From Gammaproteobacteria bacterium (GTDB taxonomy: Bacteria; Pseudomonadota; Gammaproteobacteria; UBA9214), in contig JBATIF010000240.1 of assembly GCA_049667605.1 (NCBI GenBank), positions 1 through 62,571 on the forward strand: DNA of 62,571 nt, in the 5' to 3' direction. The notes beneath the pieces were generated by a model. The model saw only the letters and a list, made by a program, of their open reading frames with translations, was not told the origin of the DNA and did not search any database. Both the position numbers and the translations under genes were made by a program. Position 1 is the first letter of the stretch; each line of letters opens with the position of its first letter. This document shows positions 28,766 to 37,914 of the stretch, in pieces.

Positions 28766-29413
28766 CTAGCGATAGGCCTTGAGGATTTTTCTGAAATCAG
28801 CGGTGATTGCATCAACTGCCAGTGGCGGACTGAATACTGCATGATAGCGGCCATCAGGATCGATCAGGAAGACTGATGCCGTATGGTCGACGAGGTAGCC
28901 CGTCGCATTTTCTTCGCCAGCAACACGCATATGCATGACGCCAAGGTCCCGGGTGAATTGTTCGATCTGCGCCTTTGAGCCGGTCAGGCCGATAAAGTCG
29001 CCGTTGAAATAGGTTACAAACCGGGCGAGTTGCTCCGGGGTATCACGCTCCGGGTCGACGCTGACAAATACAAAGCGGATATCGGCATTGACATCCTCCA
29101 GCCGGCTGGCAACCGTGTTTAAAACGGCCAGTGTTATGGGACATACATCCGGACAGTGTGTGTAGCCAAAGAACAGAAAAGACCACCTGTTGCGCAGCGT
29201 TGTTTCATTGAAAGCCTGGTTCTTGTGGTCTACCAGCTCGAACGGGGCCAGTTGCCGGGCCACCGGGAAGCGCGTTGCCTCAAGTTCCTGCAGAGCGGAC
29301 TGGCGATCAAGTATCATGGTGGCAGACCACATGCCTGCCGCTATGGCAAGCACGGCCAGCATCGCCATGAACAATATTCGTGCAGTCTTTCGTTGTTTTG
29401 CGGAGTCAGTCAT
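28766..29413 (-). CDS. SCO/SenC family copper-binding thioredoxin-fold protein
   Basis: It has an N-terminal TM anchor and the CxxxC motif (HCPDVCP). The start is at the internal ATG at 29413 (MTDSAKQRK...). Confidence 0.88.
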   Translation of the reverse strand: MTDSAKQRKTARILFMAMLAVLAIAAGMWSATMILDRQSALQELEATRFPVARQLAPFELVDHKNQAFNETTLRNRWSFLFFGYTHCPDVCPITLAVLNTVASRLEDVNADIRFVFVSVDPERDTPEQLARFVTYFNGDFIGLTGSKAQIEQFTRDLGVMHMRVAGEENATGYLVDHTASVFLIDPDGRYHAVFSPPLAVDAITADFRKILKAYR

Positions 29414-29471
29414 GGCAGTTATTATTTCACAGAGTGTTGCCTGAAGCACCCTGTCTACCGCCCGGGAACGC

Positions 29472-30443
29472 ATGGTTATGACCGTATTCCTGACAGAATC
29501 ACCTGTAACCCCCAGGATATTGATCCACTGGGGTGCCGGCATGTTTGAACAGGCCGGACTGGCATTCGGTCATGGAACGGATAATGCGCTCGATGAATCT
29601 GCGGCGCTGGTCCTGCATGAGCTGCAGATCGGTTACGATCAGCCCGACGCGGTTCTTGATGCCGAGCTCGAAGATGCAGACCGTCTGCGGGTGATTGCAT
29701 TGCTTGAACGGCGCATTGCCAGCCGCAAGCCTGCAGCCTACCTGGTAAACGAGGCACGTTTTGCAGGCCTCTCATTCTATGTGGATGAGCGGGTGCTGGT
29801 ACCCCGATCGCCGATTGCCGAACTGGTTGAAGCCGGGTTCGCACCCTGGATCGACCCGCGGCGCGTGCACAAGGTCCTGGATCTGTGCTGCGGCAGTGGT
29901 TGTATCGGCATTGCCTGTGCCTGTGCATTCCCTGATGCCCGTGTCGATATGGCTGACCTTTCGACTGATGCGCTGGATGTTGCCGATGTGAATATACGCC
30001 GTCACCATCTCGAGGGCCGGGTGAGGGCTATGCAGTCGAACCTGTTTAGCGGTTTGAAAGCAGCGCGCTATGACATCATTGTATCGAATCCGCCCTACGT
30101 TCCGCGGCAGGAAGTATTCGGGTTAGCGGCTGAATACAAGCATGAACCTGCGCTGGGTCTGGTTGCCGGATCCGATGGCCTGGACGTGGTCAGCTCGATC
30201 CTGAATGAAGCGGCTGCCTACCTGCAAGATGATGGCATACTGGTTGTCGAGGTCGGTGATTCGCAACAGCGGCTGGTCGAGCAATATCCAGGCGTCCCGT
30301 TTTTGTGGCTGGAATTTGAATATGGCGGAGAAGGGGTGTTCATGCTGGAGTCAACCCGCCTGCGGGAGCATGCGCAAACATTCAGGCAGGTCGCTGTTGA
30401 GCGAGGCCTGCCAGGCGGGGATCAAGACGAGGTTAATGACTGA
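29472..30443 (+). CDS. prmB: 50S ribosomal protein L3 glutamine N5-methyltransferase
   Basis: FGHGTDNALDE, YVDERVLVPRSP and the catalytic NPPY (SNPPYV) are collinear with E. coli PrmB. Confidence 0.9.
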   Translation: MVMTVFLTESPVTPRILIHWGAGMFEQAGLAFGHGTDNALDESAALVLHELQIGYDQPDAVLDAELEDADRLRVIALLERRIASRKPAAYLVNEARFAGLSFYVDERVLVPRSPIAELVEAGFAPWIDPRRVHKVLDLCCGSGCIGIACACAFPDARVDMADLSTDALDVADVNIRRHHLEGRVRAMQSNLFSGLKAARYDIIVSNPPYVPRQEVFGLAAEYKHEPALGLVAGSDGLDVVSSILNEAAAYLQDDGILVVEVGDSQQRLVEQYPGVPFLWLEFEYGGEGVFMLESTRLREHAQTFRQVAVERGLPGGDQDEVND

Positions 30444-30760
30444 TGGGGCTGCGTGCCAAAACCGCGGAAGAGTACGTCAGGCTGATCGAGCAGGTAATCG
30501 ACGAACTCGGGGATATCAGGGAAGTCAGCAGATATGCCTTCGATGACGACCAGGGTAATTGTTCGTTTGTAGATCCGTTGATGAAGGAGATGCGTGAATT
30601 GCGTGCGTCCATGGCAGACGGTAGCTATCAGTTTGGCCGCAATGACCTTCCATACATGCGTATTGTAAAGAAACTTTCGGAGATGCAACTGCCCTGTGTT
30701 CGCCTGCTTTACATGATCAACCAGACACACAGGGAAGGTCTGGATCTGCAGGGTGAATAA
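30443..30760 (+). CDS. Hypothetical protein (105 aa), translationally coupled to prmB
   Basis: The start ATG overlaps the prmB stop (TGATG). The composition looks coding, but I recognise no family. Confidence 0.55.
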   Translation: MGLRAKTAEEYVRLIEQVIDELGDIREVSRYAFDDDQGNCSFVDPLMKEMRELRASMADGSYQFGRNDLPYMRIVKKLSEMQLPCVRLLYMINQTHREGLDLQGE

Positions 30761-30799
30761 ATCAGCTCGCAGATTATCTGAACACCACGACTGTCAGGT

Positions 30800-31012
30800 T
30801 CAGGCCTTGAGGCGATAGATCAAGCCGGGTTTGATGAGCAATTCATTCTTGTTCAGCTGATCGAGCGGGAATTCACCGTCTATATTCTCTGCAATGCGAT
30901 CAAACACGTAAATGACATTTTGTGATTCGATTGTCCGGTAGATTGGCTGTCCAAGGAAGTCGCCAACCAGGGTGTTCCGTTGTGCCTGTGTCCGGGCCAT
31001 TATGTTCTCCAT
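30800..31012 (-). CDS. Hypothetical small protein (70 aa)
   Basis: This is the only ORF in the gap before aroC. It converges on the 105-aa ORF. I recognise no family. Confidence 0.4.
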   Translation of the reverse strand: MENIMARTQAQRNTLVGDFLGQPIYRTIESQNVIYVFDRIAENIDGEFPLDQLNKNELLIKPGLIYRLKA

Positions 31013-31115
31013 GCGGGTTTAATCGACAGCTACAGCAAGCATATCGGGCGTTCTCCGGCGGGCTTTAATCCAACAAGGGGGCGACTGGGCACTCGAGAGT
31101 CGCTACAATCACTTC

Positions 31116-32219
31116 ATGTCAGGCAACAGTTTCGGAAAATTATTCACGGTCACCGGTTTCGGCGAGAGCCATGGACCTGCGCTGGGCTGCATCGTGGATG
31201 GCTGTCCGCCGGGACTGGAGCTGTCCACGGCAGACCTGCAGGATGATCTGGATCGCCGCAAGCCGGGGAAATCCCGCCATACCACGCAGCGGCGTGAGGC
31301 GGATGAGGTGCAGATTCTCTCCGGGGTATTTGAAGGCAGGACCACCGGTTCCCCGATCGGGCTGATGATCCTGAACACGGATCAGAAATCGAAAGACTAT
31401 TCCAAAATCATGGACCGTTTCCGTCCTGGTCATGCAGACTATACCTACAAGCAAAAGTACGGCCTTCGTGACTACCGTGGTGGCGGCCGCTCATCGGCGC
31501 GCGAGACTGCGATGCGTGTTGCCGCCGGGGCAATTGCGAAAAAATACCTGCATAAACGCTATGGCATCGAAATCCATGGCTACCTTGCACAGCTGGGACC
31601 GATCAGGCTGGAGCTGAAAGACTGGTCTAGCGTTGGTGAAAACCCGTTCTTTTGTCCGGATCCGGAACGTCTGGCGGAGCTGGAAACCTACATGGACGCC
31701 CTGCGCAAGGAAGGTAATTCTGTGGGTGCGCGGGTAAACGTCGTCGCCAGCGGAATGCACCCGGGCCTGGGTGAACCGATTTTCGACCGGCTGGATGCCG
31801 ATATCGCCCACGCCATGATGAGTATCAATGCCGTAAAAGGCGTGGAGATCGGCGCCGGCTTTGCCAGTGTCGAACACAAGGGCACCGAGCATCGTGATGA
31901 AATTACTCCCGCGGGTTTTTTGAGCAACCATGCAGGCGGGGTGCTTGGCGGTATTTCCAGCGGCCAGGATATCCTTGTAAGTATCGCACTCAAGCCGACA
32001 TCGAGTATCAGGCTTCCCGGCAAAACTGTTGATGTCAGCGGCAAGCCGGTAGAGGTGATTACCACCGGGCGCCATGACCCCTGTGTGGGCATCCGGGCCA
32101 CCCCGATCGCCGAGGCCATGCTGGCTATCGTATTGATGGACCATGTGCTGCGACACCGGGCACAAAATATGGATGTAGTCTCCGACACGCCGGTGATCCC
32201 CTCGAGTGCCGCGGACTAG
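31116..32219 (+). CDS. aroC: Chorismate synthase
   Basis: The [21 protein letters not shown]-terminus and the [10 protein letters not shown] motif are present. Confidence 0.95.
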   Translation: MSGNSFGKLFTVTGFGESHGPALGCIVDGCPPGLELSTADLQDDLDRRKPGKSRHTTQRREADEVQILSGVFEGRTTGSPIGLMILNTDQKSKDYSKIMDRFRPGHADYTYKQKYGLRDYRGGGRSSARETAMRVAAGAIAKKYLHKRYGIEIHGYLAQLGPIRLELKDWSSVGENPFFCPDPERLAELETYMDALRKEGNSVGARVNVVASGMHPGLGEPIFDRLDADIAHAMMSINAVKGVEIGAGFASVEHKGTEHRDEITPAGFLSNHAGGVLGGISSGQDILVSIALKPTSSIRLPGKTVDVSGKPVEVITTGRHDPCVGIRATPIAEAMLAIVLMDHVLRHRAQNMDVVSDTPVIPSSAAD

Positions 32220-32248
32220 CCTGGTGGCCTTTCATACAGACTTCTAGT

Positions 32249-32335
32249 TCTCTCGCAAAGCCGTAAAGAAAGAAATGTTTATATACATTCTTACAATAGG
32301 TTATAACTTTGCGATCCTGGCGTCTTTGCGAGAGA
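32249..32335. repeat. 12-bp perfect inverted repeat with 63-nt spacer in the aroC-MFS intergenic region
   Basis: TCTCTCGCAAAG (32249-32260) pairs with CTTTGCGAGAGA (32324-32335). A second CTTTGCGA copy lies at 32308-32315, and an inner AATGT/ACATT hairpin is also present. Confidence 0.6.
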
Positions 32336-32397
32336 TATTCTTTCAGGATGGAAATCAACCCGACACCTGAAAATCACGGCCCTGATTTTTCCGTGAC

Positions 32398-33537
32398 ATG
32401 ATTTACTGGCGCTTGTCAGGTTTTTACCTGTTCTATTTCGCCACCCTTGGCGCGCTGGTTCCTTACTGGGGCCTGTATCTCAAGTCGCTCGGTTTCAGTG
32501 TCAGCCAGATAGGTGAACTGGTCGCCATCCTCATGGCGACCAAGATTGTCGCGCCCAATGTATGGGGGTGGATCGCAGATCATACCGGGGACCGTATGAA
32601 GATCGTGCGCTTTGCCTCACTGCTGGCAACCGTCACCTTTGCGGGTGTCTTTGTCAGCAACAATTACTGGTGGCTGGCACTGGTGATGACGGTATACAGC
32701 TTTTTCTGGAATGCCTCGCTGCCGCAGTTCGAAGCCACCACCATGAACCATCTTGGCGGCAATACTCATCACTACAGCGGCATCCGCCTGTGGGGTTCGG
32801 TTGGTTTCATCGTCGCGGTTGCCGCACTGGGTCCTGTGCTCGGGGCTTATGGAACCGGGCTGCTCCCATGGGTGCTGCTGGTGTTGTTTGGCGCTATCTG
32901 GGTGAGCAGCCTGCTGGTGCCGGAGTTCGCAGCGGGTCATCTGGCGCTTGGCCAGGAGCACCTGTTCGAGGTGTTGAAGCGTCCGGTTGTCCTTTCCCTG
33001 TTACTGGTGAGTTTCCTGGTCCAGTTTAGTCATGGCCCCTATTACGTATTTTTCAGCATCTATCTGGAGAACTACGGCTACTCGACCGCCCTGATCGGTC
33101 AACTCTGGGCGCTGGGTGTGCTGGCAGAGATCGGCGTTTTTTTATTGATGCCGGTATTGCTGCCGCGTTATGGCGCGCGTGCCCTGTTGCTGGCCGCGGT
33201 CATATTGACCATGCTGCGCTGGTTGCTGGTCGCCGGCTTTGCAGACAATATGATCATCATCGCCAGCTCACAGTTGCTGCATGCCGCCAGTTTCGGACTT
33301 TTCCACGTGGTCGTCATTTACCTGATTCATCACATGTTTACGGGGGCAAACCAGGGTCGTGGACAGGCACTCTACAGCAGCCTGAGTTTTGGTGCCGGCG
33401 GGGCGGCTGGCAGTCTCGCCAGTGGCTATCTGTGGAGCGGGATCGGGCCCCAGGCAATGTACCTGATGGCCGCGGGGGCAGCGCTGTGCGCGCTATGCGT
33501 GATACTTCTCGGCATCCGTAATTTGCCGGATGCCTGA
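32398..33537 (+). CDS. MFS transporter (MFS_1_like / HcaT-like family)
   Basis: 379 aa with about 12 predicted TM helices. The N-terminus WRLSGFYLFYFATLGALVPYWGLYLKSLGFS is typical of the PPP/HcaT-like MFS subfamily. Confidence 0.8.
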   Translation: MIYWRLSGFYLFYFATLGALVPYWGLYLKSLGFSVSQIGELVAILMATKIVAPNVWGWIADHTGDRMKIVRFASLLATVTFAGVFVSNNYWWLALVMTVYSFFWNASLPQFEATTMNHLGGNTHHYSGIRLWGSVGFIVAVAALGPVLGAYGTGLLPWVLLVLFGAIWVSSLLVPEFAAGHLALGQEHLFEVLKRPVVLSLLLVSFLVQFSHGPYYVFFSIYLENYGYSTALIGQLWALGVLAEIGVFLLMPVLLPRYGARALLLAAVILTMLRWLLVAGFADNMIIIASSQLLHAASFGLFHVVVIYLIHHMFTGANQGRGQALYSSLSFGAGGAAGSLASGYLWSGIGPQAMYLMAAGAALCALCVILLGIRNLPDA

Positions 33538-33616
33538 AGGGTAATGATGGTTTCATTGTCCACATCCTATATAATTCCGCTTTTCGCGCGGCATGGCTAA
33601 CAACGGATCAGGATCG

Positions 33617-35026
33617 ATGTCCGGCAAGACGCTCTACGACAAACTCTGGGAATCACACCTTGTTCGCGAGGATGCTGACGGCACGGCGCTCATTTACATC
33701 GATCGCCACCTGGTCCACGAGGTGACTTCCCCACAGGCCTTTGAAGGGCTGCGGCTGGCAGGGCGCAAGCCGTGGCGGACTGATGCCATTCTTGCCGTGC
33801 CCGATCACAATGTACCGACCACGGACCGGGCGGGAGGAATTGTTGATCCTGTGTCGCGCCTGCAGGTCGAAACGCTCGACGCCAATTGCAGCGAATTTAG
33901 TATTACAGAGTTTTCCATGAATGATCCGCGCCAGGGCATCGTCCACGTGGTCGGACCGGAACAGGGTGCAACCCTGCCGGGCATGACACTGGTGTGCGGT
34001 GACTCGCACACCTCGACCCATGGCGCATTCGGGGCCCTGGCATTTGGCGTGGGGACATCCGATGTCGAGCATGTACTGGCAACGCAATGCATCATTTTGC
34101 GCAAGAGCCGTACCTTGCAGGTGCGCGTGGACGGCCGGCTGGCAGACGGTGTTTCCGCCAAGGACATTGTGCTGGCCGTCATCGGTAAAATCGGTACTGC
34201 CGGCGGTACCGGCTGCACCATCGAATTTACCGGTTCGGCTATTCGCGGACTCTCGATGGAGGGGCGCATGACGGTATGTAATATGTCCATCGAGGCCGGG
34301 GCACGCGCGGGCATGGTTGCCGTGGATGATACGACCATCGATTACCTGGCCGGGCGTCCGTTCTCACCTACAGGCGAGTTGTGGGATCGTGCGGTTAGCA
34401 GCTGGAAGAAACTGCACAGTGACGCTTCTGCAGAATACGACAAGACCTTTGTCTTCGATGCCAGCCGCCTGAAACCACAGGTGACCTGGGGTACCTCGCC
34501 GGAAATGGTGGTAGACGTCGACGGGGTGGTGCCGGACCCGGACAAGGAGAACGACAGCGTCCGGCGTGAAGGTATGCGTAATGCGCTTAAGTACATGGGT
34601 CTGGAGGCGGGTACGCCGATCGGCGAGGTCCGCCCGGATCATGTGTTTATCGGTTCATGCACCAATGCAAGGATCGAGGATCTGCGTGCAGCGGCTCTTG
34701 CCATCCGCGGCCGCAAGGTTGCCGGCAGTATCCGCCAGGCGCTGGTGGTGCCGGGCTCCGGTCTGGTCAAGCGTGCGGCCGAAGCGGAGGGGTTGGATGA
34801 AATCTTCAAGGCGGCCGGCTTCGAGTGGCGCGAGCCCGGATGCTCCATGTGCCTTGCCATGAACGCGGACCGGCTGGCGCCCGGCGATCGTTGCGCCTCG
34901 ACCTCGAACCGCAACTTCGAGGGACGCCAGGGACAGGGCGGGCGTACCCACCTCGTCAGTCCGGCGATGGCGGCTGCCGCGGCCGTGACCGGGCATTTTG
35001 TCGATGTCAGCAAGGAAACAGGATGA
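33617..35026 (+). CDS. leuC: 3-isopropylmalate dehydratase large subunit
   Basis: [16 protein letters not shown] matches E. coli MAKTLYEKLFDAHVV. The Fe-S Cys motifs ([24 protein letters not shown]) are present. An upstream ATG at 33593 is possible. Confidence 0.95.
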   Translation: MSGKTLYDKLWESHLVREDADGTALIYIDRHLVHEVTSPQAFEGLRLAGRKPWRTDAILAVPDHNVPTTDRAGGIVDPVSRLQVETLDANCSEFSITEFSMNDPRQGIVHVVGPEQGATLPGMTLVCGDSHTSTHGAFGALAFGVGTSDVEHVLATQCIILRKSRTLQVRVDGRLADGVSAKDIVLAVIGKIGTAGGTGCTIEFTGSAIRGLSMEGRMTVCNMSIEAGARAGMVAVDDTTIDYLAGRPFSPTGELWDRAVSSWKKLHSDASAEYDKTFVFDASRLKPQVTWGTSPEMVVDVDGVVPDPDKENDSVRREGMRNALKYMGLEAGTPIGEVRPDHVFIGSCTNARIEDLRAAALAIRGRKVAGSIRQALVVPGSGLVKRAAEAEGLDEIFKAAGFEWREPGCSMCLAMNADRLAPGDRCASTSNRNFEGRQGQGGRTHLVSPAMAAAAAVTGHFVDVSKETG

Positions 35027-35679
35027 GTATGGACAAGTTTGAGTCGTTCACAGGCCTGGTTGCGCCAATTGATCGGGCGAATGTCGATACCGATGCGATC
35101 ATACCCAAGCAGTTTCTCAAGTCGGTCAAGCGCAGCGGCTTTGGCCCAAACCTGTTTGACGAATGGCGCTACAGGGACGCGGGTGAGCCGGGCATGGACA
35201 ATGCTGCCCGTATTCCAAATCCTGACTTCGTGCTCAACAAGGAGCGTTACCAGAGTGCAGCCATCTTGCTGGCCCGGGAAAATTTCGGCTGCGGCTCCTC
35301 GCGTGAACATGCCGTCTGGGCCCTGCTTGATTACGGTTTCCGTGTGGTCATCGCACCGAGCTTTGCTGAAATATTTGCGGATAACTGCTTCAAGAATGGC
35401 GTGTTGCCGATTGCACTGGCAACCGAGGTGGTTGACCGGCTGTTCACTGAACAGCAACAGGCGCCGGGTTACGCCCTGAGCGTCGACTTGCCCGCACAGC
35501 TCATCAGCACTCCCGCGGGCGAGGCCATTCACTTCGAGGTGGATGGCTTTCGCAAGGATTGCCTGATCCGCGGGCTGGACGATATCGGCCTGACGCTGGA
35601 GCATGCGCAGGAGATCCGCGCATTCGAGCAGACGCATCGGCAGCGTGCGCCCTGGTTGTTCGAGAATCATGGTCACTAA
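35023..35679 (+). CDS. leuD: 3-isopropylmalate dehydratase small subunit
   Basis: M(S)[22 protein letters not shown] and GCGSSREHA are present. The ATG overlaps the leuC stop (ATGA), and an alternative ATG lies at 35029. Confidence 0.95.
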   Translation: MSMDKFESFTGLVAPIDRANVDTDAIIPKQFLKSVKRSGFGPNLFDEWRYRDAGEPGMDNAARIPNPDFVLNKERYQSAAILLARENFGCGSSREHAVWALLDYGFRVVIAPSFAEIFADNCFKNGVLPIALATEVVDRLFTEQQQAPGYALSVDLPAQLISTPAGEAIHFEVDGFRKDCLIRGLDDIGLTLEHAQEIRAFEQTHRQRAPWLFENHGH

Positions 35680-35698
35680 TGATTTATAAGTATATAAA

Positions 35699-36781
35699 AT
35701 GAAATATAAAATTACAGTGATGCCGGGCGATGGGATCGGTCCGGAAATCATCCAGGAGGCGGAAAAGGTGCTGGCCGTTCTGGCGGCTGAATTTGGCCTG
35801 GATATTGAAACCGAGCGCGTACCGGTCGGCGGCGCCGGTTACGAGGCCCACGGTCATCCGCTGCCGGAAATCACGCTGAACAGCGCCCGTTCGGCCGATG
35901 CCATCTTGCTGGGTTCGGTGGGTGGACCGCAGTGGGACGGGCTGGAGCGTGCCCTGCGGCCGGAACAGGGTCTGCTGGGCCTGCGTTCGGAGCTGGGCCT
36001 GTTTGCCAATCTGCGACCGGCGATCCTCTATCCGCAGCTGGCGCAGGCCTCGACCCTGAAAGCGGACATTGTCAGCGGGCTGGACATCATGATCGTGCGT
36101 GAATTGACCGGCGGGATATATTTCGGTCAGCCACGTGGCATCCGCACGCTTGATGACGGACAGCGAGAGGGTTTCAATACACTGGTATACAGTGAATCGG
36201 AAATCGAACGTATCGGTCGTTCTGCGTTTGAAATTGCACGCAAGCGCGGTAAGCGACTGTGCTCGGTCGACAAGGCAAATGTCCTCGAGGTTTCGGAGCT
36301 CTGGCGCAGCGTGATGACCGGCCTGGCGGACGACTACCCGGATGTCGAGCTCAGTCACATGTACGTCGATAACGCGGCCATGCAGCTGGTGCGCACACCC
36401 AAACAATTTGATGTCATGGTGACCGGAAACATGTTTGGTGACATCCTCTCGGATGCAGCCGCCATGCTCACCGGGTCGATTGGCATGTTGCCTTCCGCTT
36501 CACTCGATGCCGAGGGCAAGGGTATGTATGAACCGATTCACGGCTCGGCACCCGACATTGCAGGCAAGGGTGTGGCAAATCCGCTGGCAACGATACTCTC
36601 GGTTTCCATGATGCTGCGTTACAGCCTGAACGAAGCAGCACTGGCGGGACGCATTGACGAAGCGGTCGGCAAGGTGCTGGACAATGGCTTGCGTACCCCG
36701 GATATTGCATCGGCTGGCATGCAGGAAGTGGGTACGCGCGAGATGGGTGATGCGGTAGTCGCGGCGCTGCAGGCGGGTTAG
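35699..36781 (+). CDS. leuB: 3-isopropylmalate dehydrogenase
   Basis: 360 aa with [17 protein letters not shown] and the NMFGDILSD motif. Confidence 0.95.
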   Translation: MKYKITVMPGDGIGPEIIQEAEKVLAVLAAEFGLDIETERVPVGGAGYEAHGHPLPEITLNSARSADAILLGSVGGPQWDGLERALRPEQGLLGLRSELGLFANLRPAILYPQLAQASTLKADIVSGLDIMIVRELTGGIYFGQPRGIRTLDDGQREGFNTLVYSESEIERIGRSAFEIARKRGKRLCSVDKANVLEVSELWRSVMTGLADDYPDVELSHMYVDNAAMQLVRTPKQFDVMVTGNMFGDILSDAAAMLTGSIGMLPSASLDAEGKGMYEPIHGSAPDIAGKGVANPLATILSVSMMLRYSLNEAALAGRIDEAVGKVLDNGLRTPDIASAGMQEVGTREMGDAVVAALQAG

Positions 36782-36817
36782 CCGGGTTTAATATTAGATC
36801 TATCAGGGAAACACAAA

Positions 36818-37840
36818 ATGTCGGACAAATACGATGTTGCAGTAGTCGGCGCCACCGGTGCGGTTGGCGAGGCCATGCTCGCGATACTGGGGGAGCGGGA
36901 TTTCCCGGTAAATAACGTCTACCCGTTGGCCAGTAAACGCTCGGCCGGAAAAAAGCTGCCGTTCAGGGATACCTGGCTGGCGGTTGAGGACCTGGATGAT
37001 TTTGATTTCAGCAGGGTACAGATCGGCCTGTTTTCAGCCGGTGCGGGTATCTCCGCGCAATACGCGCCGCTGGCGGCTGAAGCCGGTTGCGTGGTCATCG
37101 ACAACACCTCCCGGTTTCGTTATGACGATGACATACCGCTGGTGGTGCCCGAGGTAAACCCGGATGCCATAGCCGCCTATACGAATCGTGGCATTATTGC
37201 CAATCCGAACTGTTCGACCATCCAGATGCTGGTTGCGTTGAAACCCTTGTATGATGCGGCGGGAATCGAGCGGATCAATGTCTGCACCTACCAGGCGGTT
37301 TCAGGAACAGGGAAAGAGGCGATCGAGGAGCTGGCGACGCAGACTGCACAGTTGCTGAATGGCAACTCGATTTCGGCCGAGGTCTATCCGAAACAGATTG
37401 CCTTTAATGTCTTGCCACAAATCGATGTATTCCAGGAAAATGGTTACACCAAGGAAGAGATGAAGATGGTCTGGGAGACCTGGAAGATCATGGGCGATGA
37501 CACCATCCGGGTAAACCCGACGGCCGTTCGCGTGCCGGTGTTCTTCGGCCATTCCGAAGCCGTGCATATCGAGACACGGGATAAACTGACAGCGGACCAG
37601 GCCAGGTCCCTGCTGCAAACGGCGCCGGGGGTCGTGGTTGTTGACGAGCATGTGGATGGCGCTTACCCCACGGCTGTCTCTGAAGGTGCCGGTAACGACC
37701 CCGTTTATGTGGGCAGAATCCGCGAGGACATATCCCATCCGCGTGGTCTGGATCTGTGGGTGGTGGCCGATAACGTGCGCAAGGGCGCCGCGCTGAACAG
37801 CGTCCAGATAGCTGAAATATTGGTCAAAAAGTATTTGTGA
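36818..37840 (+). CDS. asd: Aspartate-semialdehyde dehydrogenase
   Basis: It has VGATGAVG (Rossmann fold) and the active-site NPNCSTI. It sits in the leuB-asd-fimV synteny. Confidence 0.95.
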   Translation: MSDKYDVAVVGATGAVGEAMLAILGERDFPVNNVYPLASKRSAGKKLPFRDTWLAVEDLDDFDFSRVQIGLFSAGAGISAQYAPLAAEAGCVVIDNTSRFRYDDDIPLVVPEVNPDAIAAYTNRGIIANPNCSTIQMLVALKPLYDAAGIERINVCTYQAVSGTGKEAIEELATQTAQLLNGNSISAEVYPKQIAFNVLPQIDVFQENGYTKEEMKMVWETWKIMGDDTIRVNPTAVRVPVFFGHSEAVHIETRDKLTADQARSLLQTAPGVVVVDEHVDGAYPTAVSEGAGNDPVYVGRIREDISHPRGLDLWVVADNVRKGAALNSVQIAEILVKKYL

Positions 37841-37914
37841 GTTATAGTCTGCGCTGAATCAGAGAGCGGTCTATTTACAGGTCTATGGAAGAGTCAACTG
37901 CAGGGGAGCCAGGT

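Noticed and set aside
34639-35751. 370-aa antisense ORF over leuC/leuD. Similar long antisense ORFs: 43590..44369 over trpA, 44601..45344 over accD, 46346..47221 over folC/dedD, 20288..20917 over tgt, 38541..39419 over fimV and 13291..13932 over GH57.
   Set aside because: All lie opposite genes with unambiguous homology. They have Arg/Pro/Gly/Ser-rich compositions typical of shadow ORFs in GC-rich DNA and lack recognisable domains or SD sequences.
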